Source: a virus
Taxonomy: Duplodnaviria; Caudoviricetes
Direction: 5' to 3' (one strand)
DNA length: 64,000 nt
IMG/VR virus record: IMGVR_UViG_3300016476_001378
Part shown: piece by piece, positions 29,401-39,800 of the stretch
How positions within the stretch are numbered: position 1 is the stretch's first letter
Layout: each line of letters begins with the position of its first letter
Notes under the pieces: generated by a model
The model's input: the letters and a program-made list of their open reading frames with translations, nothing else
Told to the model about the DNA's origin: nothing
Database searches by the model: none
Translations under genes and position numbers: made by a program

Positions 29401-31708
29401 TCTTTAAAATAGCTCTTGAATTAACTGAGGTTGGAGAATCTACCGCACCTCCAAAATCTAAATACAACTGGCTTCTAACACCCACTGCAACATGCCAACC
29501 CATACCCATTCGAGCCGTTGGTAAATCAGAAGTATGTTTAAAGTTAGCTATTGTTTCTCCATTGCGATTAATTATAATCCAAAGACCTTCACCGACAGAA
29601 GGAGTGTTACTGACAAGTATTTCAATGTTCTCACTTGTAGCGTCTGCTAGATATTCATAGGTTGAAATAATTTCGCTACTGACACTATTATCATTTTTGC
29701 GATGAATAAGACTGATGTTTTTATTAGTTTGATCAAATTTGATCATGACAGTTGGCTTGTTTAAATTGCTGCTTGAATTTACATAGGCATCATCACATCT
29801 TGTACCCATGGGCTCTTCTGAAGCAAAAACTGGCCTTGGACTTAATGCTACATAAAACTGGCCCTGAATCATTTGATAATCAAATGTAATCTTGGCTCTG
29901 TCAGAAAATGTTGGCATTTGTGAAAGTAACTCAGCATAAGATCTGCCTGTGCCACTCGAAGTTTTCTTATCGACATCAAGGTCTGCCTTTAAGAAATAGC
30001 CCAATAATTCATCTACGCCAGAGCCAGAAGCTGGATCTGCGTCATAAACCGGGTCATTAAAACTAAGCTCTGTCCAAGTTCCATTATCTAATGCAGCTTG
30101 CCAACCCTCTTTAGTGGTATTCGTACTGACATTTGTATCTATTTGTATGTCGTCATCTTTACAGTCGCCAAGATCTACATCTAATAAAATTCTTGCCGTA
30201 CCTTGAGCCAATTCTTCAAGGGCATAAGTTAAACTGCCCGCGACAGATTCTATCAAAACATTTGCTTGGACATTGGTGGAAACACCCTCCCAGTCAGACA
30301 TCGAATCCAAAGTTGCAGTGCCTAGTAAAAACGATTTAGTTTTATCAGAGAAAGGTGTGAAATATGATTTCACAATTCTTTTATTATCAAAAGCATTTGT
30401 TGGAGAAATTGCTGCTGGTCGAGCCAACTTAGTCATGTAAAGTTCAATGACGCCACCTTCTCTTAATTCTTTGACTATTGACTTAGATAATGTTGTAGTT
30501 TGTATTGTTGTTGCAGTAGTGCCAGTTCTCTTGATAATTTTAGCTGTAGGATAAGTATTCAAACCGTCATTCTGGCATTCGATCTTTATCTCAACTTCTT
30601 TGCAAGTAGAAGAGTTTGCAGCCTCATCTGCATTTCGAATATTAAGCCTCAAAGAAACAGCATAATGAGATTGTTGATCCTTGTCAGCATTAATCGACAA
30701 AACTGTTTGAGCAAATAAATCTGGCTGTATTGTCAAATTCGGATCTGAATAGACAGCAGAGGGCGAATTAAATGCCACACCAGAATCTGATGACAAAGTG
30801 GCAGTGACAGTTGTATTAATTGAAACACTAGAGCTTGAAGCATAAGTTCTAGTACTAGGGGTAAAATTTCTTTTTACAAGCGCAGGGGATGGAGTATTTG
30901 CACTAAAATTAGGGGCCAATGTTCTATTGGAATTTGAAGACAAATTCGATGTTATCACATAAGCCAAGGGAGTAGCTGTGTCTGGCCCCCTTAATTCAAT
31001 TAAATCACCTGTGTATCTAGCAACACCTGTGCCATAAAGAGCAGTAGCAGCCTCGTTGGCAGCATTAAATTTCCATAAAGCCTTACGGCCTGCATAATCT
31101 GGATTTCTTGCAATAATTTGTGGTAAACCTGGTCTAATGCCAGACTCAGGCTGCCAATAAATCTGATCAAAAACACCCATGTTGTTAGGGTATGTGCTTT
31201 GATCTCCGACAATAGACTCGGCTATTATCCTAAAATAAACTGTTGATAATCCACCATTACCAGAAAGCGGCCAGTTATTAATGATAAATAAATCATTACC
31301 AGCTTCTTCACTTCTTGCTCCTAAAGAAGTGTTATCTGGATCAAAAAAGGCGACTGGGTCTATGTCAAAAATGTAATTTTTATTACTGCCAGTAACTTTA
31401 TTTCCAATATTTGGGTCATACTCTGTTGAGTCGTAAGGCCAGTCAGTAATTGTTATTGTAGACGAAGGCAAGAAAAGTGGATCGTTGGAAAGCCGAATTG
31501 ACTTAATAGTCTTAAGCTTAACAGGGTCTCTATTTTCAACATCTACGAGTTCCAATCCAAATTTTAAAGTAACTTTATTGTTGTCAATGTAGGGTGAAAG
31601 ATTTAACTTACCAGTAAAATAATTCTCGCCCTCGTTAAGGACGAAATCATTGTTTAAAAAAGTATTGTTAAGATTTGGTGGAAGAACAAGTCTGATAGCA
31701 TTGGGCAT
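23426..31708 (-). CDS. Giant mosaic tail/structural protein (three QNGIY-type modules, Ig-like domains, propeller, G/S linker)
   Basis: 2760 aa; three ILxK[N/D]Q...NGIY modules; motifs VWVEVIDNAGN and IEVQVRDYGN. Confidence 0.75.
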   Translation of the reverse strand: MPNAIRLVLPPNLNNTFLNNDFVLNEGENYFTGKLNLSPYIDNNKVTLKFGLELVDVENRDPVKLKTIKSIRLSNDPLFLPSSTITITDWPYDSTEYDPNIGNKVTGSNKNYIFDIDPVAFFDPDNTSLGARSEEAGNDLFIINNWPLSGNGGLSTVYFRIIAESIVGDQSTYPNNMGVFDQIYWQPESGIRPGLPQIIARNPDYAGRKALWKFNAANEAATALYGTGVARYTGDLIELRGPDTATPLAYVITSNLSSNSNRTLAPNFSANTPSPALVKRNFTPSTRTYASSSSVSINTTVTATLSSDSGVAFNSPSAVYSDPNLTIQPDLFAQTVLSINADKDQQSHYAVSLRLNIRNADEAANSSTCKEVEIKIECQNDGLNTYPTAKIIKRTGTTATTIQTTTLSKSIVKELREGGVIELYMTKLARPAAISPTNAFDNKRIVKSYFTPFSDKTKSFLLGTATLDSMSDWEGVSTNVQANVLIESVAGSLTYALEELAQGTARILLDVDLGDCKDDDIQIDTNVSTNTTKEGWQAALDNGTWTELSFNDPVYDADPASGSGVDELLGYFLKADLDVDKKTSSGTGRSYAELLSQMPTFSDRAKITFDYQMIQGQFYVALSPRPVFASEEPMGTRCDDAYVNSSSNLNKPTVMIKFDQTNKNISLIHRKNDNSVSSEIISTYEYLADATSENIEILVSNTPSVGEGLWIIINRNGETIANFKHTSDLPTARMGMGWHVAVGVRSQLYLDFGGAVDSPTSVNSRAILKNISITGLVPKAVVGNSDLPNQRHFIKGTGGSAYQKPLLGQLMLAGNTEFRDYVYKASVASTLEYKYIVQEFIPRSRTLTETALYPQLLEVMVEDTDALTDPNVLPRHPEVRIYAYTTPTTAGNSYIGAAVTDWIAPAKETSTDFALTGYKIPNNNLVQFNLGNDTAPNLTAGTKYWMVVKLPRGMSLARAKGFDQISTEIFVNYSGSALPGIPAGQVQGTGWQIVPLLWYKLFHSFRERYDNVFHQASLQFRVCAESHALVSSDASGLSDAVTVDISAPYYTPSILSTLSVNTESDRPYVTTVLHPTVRTTMLDVRATDADSGNWLFRVGKETDFGKISYTDWLEWDSFKKRDLSGNLIDDEIVYTIYHYGSWWKNPDGTTDPYVDDPNYTPQNMGTDGPRKVWVEVIDNAGNLSESYPITVNAQLISLVDTVPPSAEVTIIDPDGVVSEYTNKTIVNVKIEGQDAVSSVKDMRFRLIDGNGIGAWSNWEPYAEISKKPIAFDVVSASFNGGFSAFAGSGGAVSGSEEPPLPSGDPGTNPNPDPIGGNTGNTGNTDAGGSTGGSGGSGGSGGSGGGTTTSVDPNGIKRIEVQVRDYGNNAAQPSSVWNTLSRDTYLTRNSFSIFGVTEFPKNILVNNSIKWTDPTQAKEAVYMAAIKFNEFATPNIRFDSVTWSTSGETAYKLVSLSTGTYNRKIFLGDIDTITMTVNGTTWNRAASATDSITAEPKFYVDNETGYLVFQNLPSGTYTSTFNCVVERSAAQIWKWDYNTLERVVDLGPLGERAILSMVALSDKILLGSGNGKVWSFDGKEIVGPIFTASDVDLNPLPISCMTLHQFMHETKSYIYIGTASKSYIFRAPIDNYVLSNSWERIKSEPMYDANYDLTSITSAYDALFFGTKQGKVFKYTRRLNKTNATTESQYTFVLDLNKSGIDDYESSVLQVSDIISYANQVVAAIGDRPEIHSYSEQLRSLPGINNEVVNNFFTHKLTNVRLATTAALSGTWVYASGKLVAPAVGTLSIDGVSVALGNRILIKNQASAIQNGIYTVTRLGTGSVKTELTRALDFDTNYKALPNTNVFVTAGSTNANLTFYLNTTEPIVINSSANSWSANQTSFAFYNSSWNVLEFSKAFVTDPAGWAWQFYHDGETNSRNKLNVVGAKTIDSKYAESGTKEYIYINGFLGKSTVFTQETGSDWEQAVNRQQTNLEPYTLEFEMRHESGSGSQGFEIGDGHYLINVQLTTTGVTVTSGNNTTTKTFLNRDSIFTPYSVIEQKFPDRGLLKMWNFALTDSIEDTNPIQPEGQGVASVQDWGAVEFCTVAAKTTPATGRSINVKLATTANLDAAYSAGPEPTAPAIGAKLTYNTAGAVSIDGVALSRRYTYTLYTLFSPTMTYSTTSKQVDLSIDLGDVEYFGLTVGGFIYDVDNDRIVGEIATLPSTGTSITLVDYPTESATSVVLAASYTQNTILVKDQTNRAQNGIYNVSTVGTTGVKCVLTRSNLFDEQSEMLKNTYIAVGNVSTAENGTVNKGKTFYLSNSEFIVIGTSDLYFTAEPATGSGTSHYLEVTYNAVGTRTGDPIIGASNFTPFVTDTHTYLLVRMRINRQLDLGDGYDTTVDYATTANIVNLATGAPSVVDGKTVSALDLILVKNQEDSKLNGIYQVTTVGTGSNGVWTRSAGFNTTEEMIAAPRVKVTGGIQNKNLTFYMHYDEPFVLGTSNVNYYSSVMAPRMKLKTYWSLSSQILNFTEYEYSETPISYSDDYLTYMIKPSWRGAVRSLYFEFEDYTKYTYATKPLIEIDYVAVSTSSGYYSVIRDLTPVRLSVGGSTRKDIKLWVGNFEQPIIEEDDFMNQETILSYVRFGKTSTDQANSTWAWGSFKYHIGHVIPPVVPEVKEFYPSYRFPSAGGVRRFSEHKGTIWALTDGYYLNKITNNPDDRTFKAWSYLPGKEVWRYESPATPRTIAGKGLIRPFAVTSFKDTLVVSGQVGFINNQKNIPTE
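27678..27720. repeat. 9-bp tandem repeat (CCACCTGAG x4.8) encoding a GGS linker on the minus strand
   Basis: Exact tandem copies at 27678, 27687, 27696, 27705 plus a partial copy. Confidence 0.9.
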
Positions 31709-31785
31709 TTTTATTAAACCAGAGATGAAGTTTTGTTTTCTAAGTTTAATTATTCTTTATACAAGATGGCTTGTACCTGTTAGAA

Positions 31786-32793
31786 TTAAAATAAATCTAT
31801 CTCTGTTGTTGAAGATGCAAAGACCGCTGCGGGATCGTCAGCTTTCAAAGCTATTGAGGCTTGTTGAACAATGTCTGTGTATACTGAAAAATAAACAAAG
31901 CCATCTACAGAATAAACGGTATCTTCTTCATAGAAAGTGTATTCTCCAACATAGACCGATGGAACACTTGTGCCTGAAATCAATGTTAAATTAATAAAAT
32001 CTGGAGCTGTAATAGTATCAACGCCATTTGGCAAGTAGATAAGAAGCTTCACGTTGATACTTGACAAATATTGATTACAAACTACTCTAAAATAAACAGT
32101 TCTGCTATTTGGGCCTTTACCTTGATTATAATAGTAAAGTTCGTCATCTGGCAAATTTAAATCAAACACTGGCACTGTAGAAATAACAGGTACGCCCAAT
32201 CTGATGGGCCTTACACGCTCATGGTTTTGAGCTGATGTGTCGTATGTATCAAATAAACCAATTGAAAATTCGGGGCCTCTAGAACCAGATGGAACAAAGA
32301 TCTCAGTGCTTGTAAACATTGAAACCGGAGGATCTGGAACGGGATCAGCTTCTACAGCTGTCAGCTGAGAAAAAGCCCCTTCTTGAAAGAAATTAATCTT
32401 AAAGCTGTCTGAAGAAGTAAATATAGTCAAGATTCCATTTGTAAAATTGACAAATCTGGCATCGAAACATTCAAGCCTAATGTTATTTTTATCAGTGTGC
32501 AAAAACGCAAAATTATCATTAAAACTGATATTGAATGAACTATCAAACTTTAAGTGAACATTTCTAACCTTTGGTGATGTTTGATTGTAGTTTACTATAA
32601 TTAGATTGTCATCTTGATAAACTGCACAATTAAAATTTTCTTCAATTTTAAATACAACTGCATCTCCAACATTCCCAAGCATAGAATTGCTCGGAACTTC
32701 GAGCAACGAAACACTGATGACTTCATCTTTTAATTCAATAGTAAAAACATTACTATTTTTGATTGTATTTAATAAAAATTTATTTTCGTCCAT
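31786..32793 (-). CDS. Hypothetical beta-rich protein, likely structural
   Basis: 335-aa ORF within the tail gene block. Confidence 0.7.
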   Translation of the reverse strand: MDENKFLLNTIKNSNVFTIELKDEVISVSLLEVPSNSMLGNVGDAVVFKIEENFNCAVYQDDNLIIVNYNQTSPKVRNVHLKFDSSFNISFNDNFAFLHTDKNNIRLECFDARFVNFTNGILTIFTSSDSFKINFFQEGAFSQLTAVEADPVPDPPVSMFTSTEIFVPSGSRGPEFSIGLFDTYDTSAQNHERVRPIRLGVPVISTVPVFDLNLPDDELYYYNQGKGPNSRTVYFRVVCNQYLSSINVKLLIYLPNGVDTITAPDFINLTLISGTSVPSVYVGEYTFYEEDTVYSVDGFVYFSVYTDIVQQASIALKADDPAAVFASSTTEIDLF

Positions 32794-32800
32794 TTTAAGA

Positions 32801-35800
32801 TTACTCGGATACTAAAAGATCGCCATTCTCAGTAAAGTTTAAACCAACAGGGTGTGTAATGACTTGGCCACCCCAGTCTAATTTAACGTTGCCAGCTGAA
32901 TCATATTTTACAACTCTACTGCTAATTCCACCGTTGACAACATCATCTAAAGCAACCCAATAATGAACCTTGTCATAGTCTGGCATTGCTCTGACTGCAT
33001 CAACACCCTCTGTTGTAAAGCTAGAGAGCAATAAATTATTAGTTGGATTCTGGCTAATCAAAAGAACTTTGCCATTATCGTTGGTCTGTGAAGGTGCTGC
33101 AATTAATAAATTTCTGTATGCCAAATTGCTGCCTATTGTCATTAGATAAGCACTTCCACCACGGCCTTCTAAGAATCTCACAGTTGTGTAAGGGATTCTC
33201 TTTGACTCAATATTTGTGCCATAAGAATCATATCTATTTACAGAATATTCTCCAACAGACGCTACAACCCATTGATCAGATTCAATTACCTGTATACTTA
33301 GTGGAGAATACAGATTGTCAAACACAACCTCTCCCACAAAAACCTTTATTCTAACAGGAGTGTTACCATCTGGCCCCATTAATGTATCTGTATTTGTAGA
33401 ATTGTCATTAAAATCACCTTCAACAGTGACTACTGTATCTTTAATAAGGCCCTTGAATGATACAAACTCTTCAGATTTAAATTTGCCAGTTCCACCCACA
33501 TTTTTATAGAGTTTTGTTGTGCCATCTACATAAGCGGGCAAGTCTGTGCCATCGTTTTTGTCTGTAGAAGAGCTTGGAGTTGTGTATGCGACCCCATCAT
33601 TACCATCAGATTTTATGACATTATTTGCTGTATTTGTATCTGTTTCAATGTTTAAATAAAATTCATTAGCAAGCCAAGAATTCAATTGGTCTTTTAGTGT
33701 GCCTGTAAATTGAACTTCTAAAGTAGCTGTTTTTTGTCCAGTCCATGACACTCCATTTAAATTATCGGGGCCACCATTTCCAGCTCCGCTTGCATAAGTT
33801 AAAGGTTTAAATAGTGTTACAGTTACTTGATTATCATTTGTTCTGCCAGTATTATCAAATGTTACTACCTGATCTCCAGACTGAACAGTGATTTTTGCAG
33901 CCTTTGCTGGATCGTAGGTAACATATTGGCTAAATGAAATCCACATCTTACCCAGCCTTGGATTGTATTGAGCTGTGAGTGCAACTAAGTCTCTTTGGTT
34001 GCGCTTTAATCTTACATTACCTTGTATGGCTCTTACAAAATAACCACTCTCATCAACTTCGACAACTCTATCATTATAAGTATCTGCAATTACAATGTGC
34101 TGATTGTTTAAAATGAAAACATCTCTAGGCTTTTCTAAACCATTTGCAACAGATTGGCTCCATGCCTGCACAGGGGTGGTATAAAGTCCACCACTTGCTA
34201 CATCTGCATTCATACCTGTATAAATGCTAGTTTCCGCTGAACCATCTGCGTCATAGAAGAAGCCATGGCCTTCTGCTGTAAATTTTAAAAATTTATAATT
34301 GCCAACTTCTGATGTATTTGTTAATTCTAAATAAGCCTCATCTGCTGTATTATCGCCAAAGATATCTGGATCTATAGTGACACCAACATTAGTGAAAGTT
34401 CTACCCTGATTTATAAATTCATCTTGTGTGTCCCAAGTCTTATCGGCAGATTCACCAGCTCTAATATAAAAGAGGCCCACAAGCTGAACAGATGGTGCTG
34501 ATTGCTTATCAGAAGAAGTCTCAAGGCGGACTTTGATATCTATCCAATTTCCAGCATTGTTTGTAGAACTAATAATGCCAGTAGTGGCATCTACAGGAAT
34601 AAATCCAGAACTATTTAATGCAGACTCTGAAGCAGCTACTCTCGTAGAAATTGAAACAGTTGCACCATTTGAATCGCCTGTGACTTCAGCCGTCACATTG
34701 CTAAAAATTGGGGTTCCAGAAGAATCATTGAATCTAAAAATTAACTGGCCATTATCATAGAAATACAGTGTGTTCCAGACGAACATAGCACTATCTGGTG
34801 CTGGAGCTATAGATTCTTCGTCTATGCCATTAATTCTGGCGTATTGAGCCCTTTTAAGATCTGCTTGGCTAGACAATTTGCCACTATTTGCGTTTAAATC
34901 TGCATCTTTTAACTGAATGTTAATGTCTCTGTCATTGATCCAATAGAATCCCATTCCAATGACTCTTTGTCTTTGGGAGACCAGAGTTGCAAAAAAGGTG
35001 TCTAAATCGAAAGTAGCAATGTCTTCATCAGATCCAGTAGATTCTAATGTGTAAAGAACACTCTTCGGTGTAATGTTGATGCTTGATATTGAAGTATTAG
35101 ATGAGTTAAAGTTTACCGCAGTACCACCTGACTCAACAACAAAATAAACACTAACATTAGAACTGGCGCTGGCAATAGCATAAGAGATAGCAAATTTATT
35201 TAAATTACTAAAGTCTCTGGCTAAAACGTTACCTGTCGAATCTTTAAATGTTAAAAATAAATAAGTAGCTACATCATACTGGTTTGCATCGTTTGGATTG
35301 TTAAATTCATTTACAAATGCAAACGTCCATCCTCTTGATGTTGAAAAAATACCAGATCCATAAAGCGAACTTGTTTCAGGATTGGAAATAACACCAAATC
35401 TATAGGGCTGCAAAAGCGTAAAATAAGCTGGATCCCCAGTATTTATGATTTCTATGTGCTCAGACTTGTCATTCGCCAAAGTGTTGGTAGCATTAAAAGC
35501 ATTTGTAAAATCTGTATCAGATTTCCAAAATAAGCTATCGCTGGAGATAGCTGTTGGATTACCACCAATGATCCTATGATTGGTTTTGTCAATAGTCGCC
35601 AAGGCCAAAGTTGTTGGTACATAAGGGGCCTCCACAGCTGTCAAACCATCCGCGCTCCATGTTGAGTAATAAGCCACAAAAGAATCATCGCTGTTGTAGC
35701 CTGGGAGATACAAAATGGCATTAATTAAATTCTTATCAATTTCAGAAAGCCCAGATTGTTTCTTCAAGGCCATTGTTAATTGCAGCATGTTTGCAACAAA

Positions 35801-36592
35801 CAAATCCGATAATCTGCTTCCTGTTGGATAAGTTAAATTTGCAAGAAGAGAATCTATTTCTGTGTGAGTTAGTGTGCCCTTGTTTGACAAATTATTATGA
35901 TCAATTTGAGGCAATCTTTCAACAGGTATTGTGCCTGTTGTAATCTTTGATGCGTCTAAGTTGGATAAATACTCGCCAGAAAGCTTGCCCTGGACATGAG
36001 CCCCTAAATCAATTGGACTTGGATTTCTAGTTCCACCAATGTGCTTATGTGCATTGATTCTATTGTTTAAGGTATTAAACAGGCTAATTACAACACGGCC
36101 ATTGTCTGCATCATTTGCAATTGCAAAAACATAATTACCTGCATCTGAAACACTTACTGTTACAGCCCCAAGTCCTATGTAATAATTAGGGTTGTTTATT
36201 TCGATTAAAGATGCAACAAATGTAACTGTACTTAATTCTGGAGTTGTTGAATCAGGGGTTGCATAAATCCAAAATTTAGCTGGGAAGCTAGATGTTGAGA
36301 TTGGTAATTCAAGTGAGAAATTTGAAGTTGTCTTAGCATACTTCCAAGCAACATGTCCTTCGCCTGGTGTAATTGTTACAGATAAAGATGTTAAATCGCT
36401 AGGCTCTACTATTCTCCAAGAGGAGCCAGAATTTGTCAAATTATCTTCAAGCACACCATTGCCAAAGATCTTATAGAGATGAAGCAGATTGTTTTCCAGC
36501 GCAAGAAATCTGCGCTGATCCATATCTAAAATTTCACCTGTTCTATCTGCTGGTTCTAAATAACCAAACCCGTAAATGCTTGTTTTCTTCAT
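32801..36592 (-). CDS. Large tail protein with NHL-like repeats; N-terminus paralogous to 12020..18859
   Basis: LEKPRDVFILNNQHIVIADTYNDRVVEVDESG and HPVGLNFTENGDLLVSE (NHL-like); LDASKITTGTIPVERLP fibre-type repeat. Confidence 0.72.
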   Translation of the reverse strand: MKKTSIYGFGYLEPADRTGEILDMDQRRFLALENNLLHLYKIFGNGVLEDNLTNSGSSWRIVEPSDLTSLSVTITPGEGHVAWKYAKTTSNFSLELPISTSSFPAKFWIYATPDSTTPELSTVTFVASLIEINNPNYYIGLGAVTVSVSDAGNYVFAIANDADNGRVVISLFNTLNNRINAHKHIGGTRNPSPIDLGAHVQGKLSGEYLSNLDASKITTGTIPVERLPQIDHNNLSNKGTLTHTEIDSLLANLTYPTGSRLSDLFVANMLQLTMALKKQSGLSEIDKNLINAILYLPGYNSDDSFVAYYSTWSADGLTAVEAPYVPTTLALATIDKTNHRIIGGNPTAISSDSLFWKSDTDFTNAFNATNTLANDKSEHIEIINTGDPAYFTLLQPYRFGVISNPETSSLYGSGIFSTSRGWTFAFVNEFNNPNDANQYDVATYLFLTFKDSTGNVLARDFSNLNKFAISYAIASASSNVSVYFVVESGGTAVNFNSSNTSISSINITPKSVLYTLESTGSDEDIATFDLDTFFATLVSQRQRVIGMGFYWINDRDINIQLKDADLNANSGKLSSQADLKRAQYARINGIDEESIAPAPDSAMFVWNTLYFYDNGQLIFRFNDSSGTPIFSNVTAEVTGDSNGATVSISTRVAASESALNSSGFIPVDATTGIISSTNNAGNWIDIKVRLETSSDKQSAPSVQLVGLFYIRAGESADKTWDTQDEFINQGRTFTNVGVTIDPDIFGDNTADEAYLELTNTSEVGNYKFLKFTAEGHGFFYDADGSAETSIYTGMNADVASGGLYTTPVQAWSQSVANGLEKPRDVFILNNQHIVIADTYNDRVVEVDESGYFVRAIQGNVRLKRNQRDLVALTAQYNPRLGKMWISFSQYVTYDPAKAAKITVQSGDQVVTFDNTGRTNDNQVTVTLFKPLTYASGAGNGGPDNLNGVSWTGQKTATLEVQFTGTLKDQLNSWLANEFYLNIETDTNTANNVIKSDGNDGVAYTTPSSSTDKNDGTDLPAYVDGTTKLYKNVGGTGKFKSEEFVSFKGLIKDTVVTVEGDFNDNSTNTDTLMGPDGNTPVRIKVFVGEVVFDNLYSPLSIQVIESDQWVVASVGEYSVNRYDSYGTNIESKRIPYTTVRFLEGRGGSAYLMTIGSNLAYRNLLIAAPSQTNDNGKVLLISQNPTNNLLLSSFTTEGVDAVRAMPDYDKVHYWVALDDVVNGGISSRVVKYDSAGNVKLDWGGQVITHPVGLNFTENGDLLVSE

Positions 36593-36613
36593 TTAGCAAT
36601 AAGACCTTATTTG

Positions 36614-36829
36614 TTAGCTGTCTTTATATTGTGATGTAATAGTATCTAGCCCCCAAACAGATTCACCCCATCTGAAATCTTTACTATTTTTACTTAAATT
36701 GTAATCTTGGGGTAGAGGTATTCTACCTGTCTGGACATTAATAGCCGAGCCATCTGGAAAGTGAACATCTGGTACTGTTTGTCTAATCTGATTCGCGACA
36801 ACATCAGATAGAGTTTTAAATCTAGGCAT
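36614..36829 (-). CDS. Small hypothetical protein with FRWGESVWG motif
   Basis: 71-aa ORF filling the gap between two large genes. Confidence 0.6.
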   Translation of the reverse strand: MPRFKTLSDVVANQIRQTVPDVHFPDGSAINVQTGRIPLPQDYNLSKNSKDFRWGESVWGLDTITSQYKDS

Positions 36830-36839
36830 CTATTTATTC

Positions 36840-39800
36840 TTAAGTTATTTGCGGGAAATAACTTCCTTCTACTCTGGCTGTTATTAAATTTTTCTCTACA
36901 TCTATAGCGTAACTGACAGAACTATAGATATATTCTTCAGTTGTGTCTAATTCTACTCCACCTGCAAATGATTTTATTTTAAATTTACCATAAGACTTCA
37001 ATGGCTTTGTGACATAAACATTTACAGATAAAGATTGAAAAGTTTTTCGTGCAACGTTTTCTCTTGCATCAAAAATTTGTTTTCCAAGTATTTTAGACTG
37101 TATCAAACCTGGGTTTGGTGACAAGTCATTATAATAATCATCTTTATTGAAGCCAACGTAACCCAAAACTTCTTGATATTGAACATTGGGGCCGACCAGT
37201 GCATTTAATCTGGCAAATGCAGAATCACCTACAGCTTGAGTTATAAATTCATTATTAGAATCAAAAATAGATGGATAACCATCAAAGTTTTGATGAATCA
37301 AAACAACTTGAGAGTGAAGATTGTTGACAGCGGTTTCTTCTATCCAACCGTCAGATGTTGCCAAGCCATGCAACCCTTCAGGGTTTGAATTTACAAGATA
37401 AGTTATACCCTGACCATCTATTGCTGCATCTCCTGCAAAAAATAATTCTTCTGCATTGTCAACACCTCTAGTCGTGAGCTCAAATAATTCTTTTTCAGGA
37501 TTCCAATAAATCACAGGAAGATTACTTGCCAAATTTGACCCAGAGGGGCTTGAAACGTGAATCATCATTGAAAGTAAGGGCTGGACGATGTCTTTGATCT
37601 TCTTATCTCTAGATGCAGAAATCACACGGCTAGATAACGCATTTTGATATTGAGGCAAGCCTGTGTATTGATTAAAATAAATGTCATAAAGCACATCAAA
37701 GTCAGATACTCGACTTCTTGGCACGTAATATTTTGCAAGACCAGCAAATTCAAAACAATCCTCTAAAATATATTGATAAGTTCTAAAATGTAATGAGACT
37801 GGGTTGGATACATTAAAGTGTATTCCAGAAAGCAACGTGTCTCCAATGTCATCACACTTGACTTCTACTTCATAAGAATCAGGCTTTCTTACAACTTTGA
37901 CACCCTTTGTCATGCCCTGGAAGAAAGTATGTTTATCATTGCCATAGCCAGCTTTTAGAGTAAATGTGAGAATGTTTTCTTGTAAGGCATTTAGAATCTG
38001 TCTGCCTATCAGATCATTTGTCATATTTTTAAAAGTCAAAGTTGCACTTGCTTTTCTGTACGACAAGTTCTTGCCCTCAAAATCTTCATCTATTCTTGCG
38101 CTTACCAAATAACCTGTAACATCAGAATATTCGCCCCATAATGGCTTGTTAATACCTGAAACTTTTTTATCAGTAACAGTTGTGTAGTTCCTTAGGTAGA
38201 AGAATACAGGCCCCTCTATTGTTGTATTGTATGTAACAACACCATCGATAGAATATCTTGGATTTTGTGGGCGTGAATTATCTTGAGCCCTATTTAATTC
38301 ACGATAATAAAACTCAGGATTTTTAACATAATCAGCGTCTTTAATTACTCCGCCCTCGCCATCATTTATTCTTCTCCAGTCAGAATAATATGTAGGGGCC
38401 TCTTTTGTATTTTGTCTCAAGTCAGAAGCTGGATCATTATAAACATTAGTTGGATTTTTGCGTGTAAGAAGATCTGTATTTAAGGCAGTTTCTGTAAATG
38501 TATCAACACCAACAGCAACATCGCCATGGATTTTAATTTTGCCATAGCCCTGTGTGCCAGTAATAGAAATTCCAGAAAATGATTCTGTATTTGTGGCATT
38601 CACTTCTTCGTAATTTAAATTATCAAAACAGATTGGAGAATAAGTGTAAGAGCATTGCAAATTTGTAAATAAAATCTGAATCATAGAGTCTTGTGGAATT
38701 CTACATTCGAAATATTCACTATAGTTTGTTTGATTGGCTTCAGATTTTAATTTAAAAGGCTCAATAGAATTCCAAGTAGACACATCTGGATCAAAACCAA
38801 TGTACATATTGGGGCCAGCGAAATGAACAAATACATCAAATTCAGTAGAATTGTTTAAGCCTAAAGTATTGCCTTGTAATTCTATTTCATCGAAAGATCC
38901 ACTAAGTGGATTCTCATATCTTAAAAATGTTCTATTGGTTTGCAAGAAAATACTAAAATGTGAAACATATTTAGACTTGCCAGGCTTGCCAAAGTTAATT
39001 ACAATTGAGCTATTTTCTGGTGTTGAATCAGAGCCATCAATAAAAGCTGAAGGCTTTGTGTGATTAAATCTTAACCAAAAACCGCAATTGACTCCGCCTC
39101 TGGCTTGAACAACCTTCGGAGCTACCGCAACATTGCCAACTTTAGAGAAATAAATATTAGGTGATTCATACAGAAGGTCATCAGCAATGGGAAAAATTCT
39201 TTTGACTAAACACTTTGTATTTTGTGCGTGTACTGTAACTTGGCTGCCAGTTCCATTGTATTGGGTGCTTATGTGAGCATACCCATTTGGCTCATAGTTT
39301 GTTACGCCTAAATTGACAAAAAATGTTTTGATAAAATCTGTGCTTGTGACTTGTTGCCAAATGTTATAAGTCTTTCTGGCAGTAAGCCCAGTATAAGGAG
39401 CTCTTTTATAAAATGGGATAAAACCACTGCCGCCTGTTCTTAAGATTTGGTCATCTAAAACATTATTTGGCGTATTTGTAATAGATTCTGTCAGACGTTG
39501 TTCAATTATCGGGGAGCCTGCGGGAACCACGTATGCAGCTGTGCTAAATTTTGACTTTGAAGCACCAGATAATAAATTAAGTACAGGATGCTCCATCCCT
39601 GGGCCTATAGCACCTTCGCCAAAGGTACAGGCAGGAGCCCCAATATTAAGATTGAGCTTTGGAATAATACCGCCAGATCCAGATGCTAAAGTTGCTAATT
39701 TTTTAGAAAATGTAGATCTTTCTATCTGGTGTGTGTAAGTGGCGGTGATTGTGTTGGTTTTATCTTTTTGCTGTCTAAATCTTGATTGAACAGACTGAAT

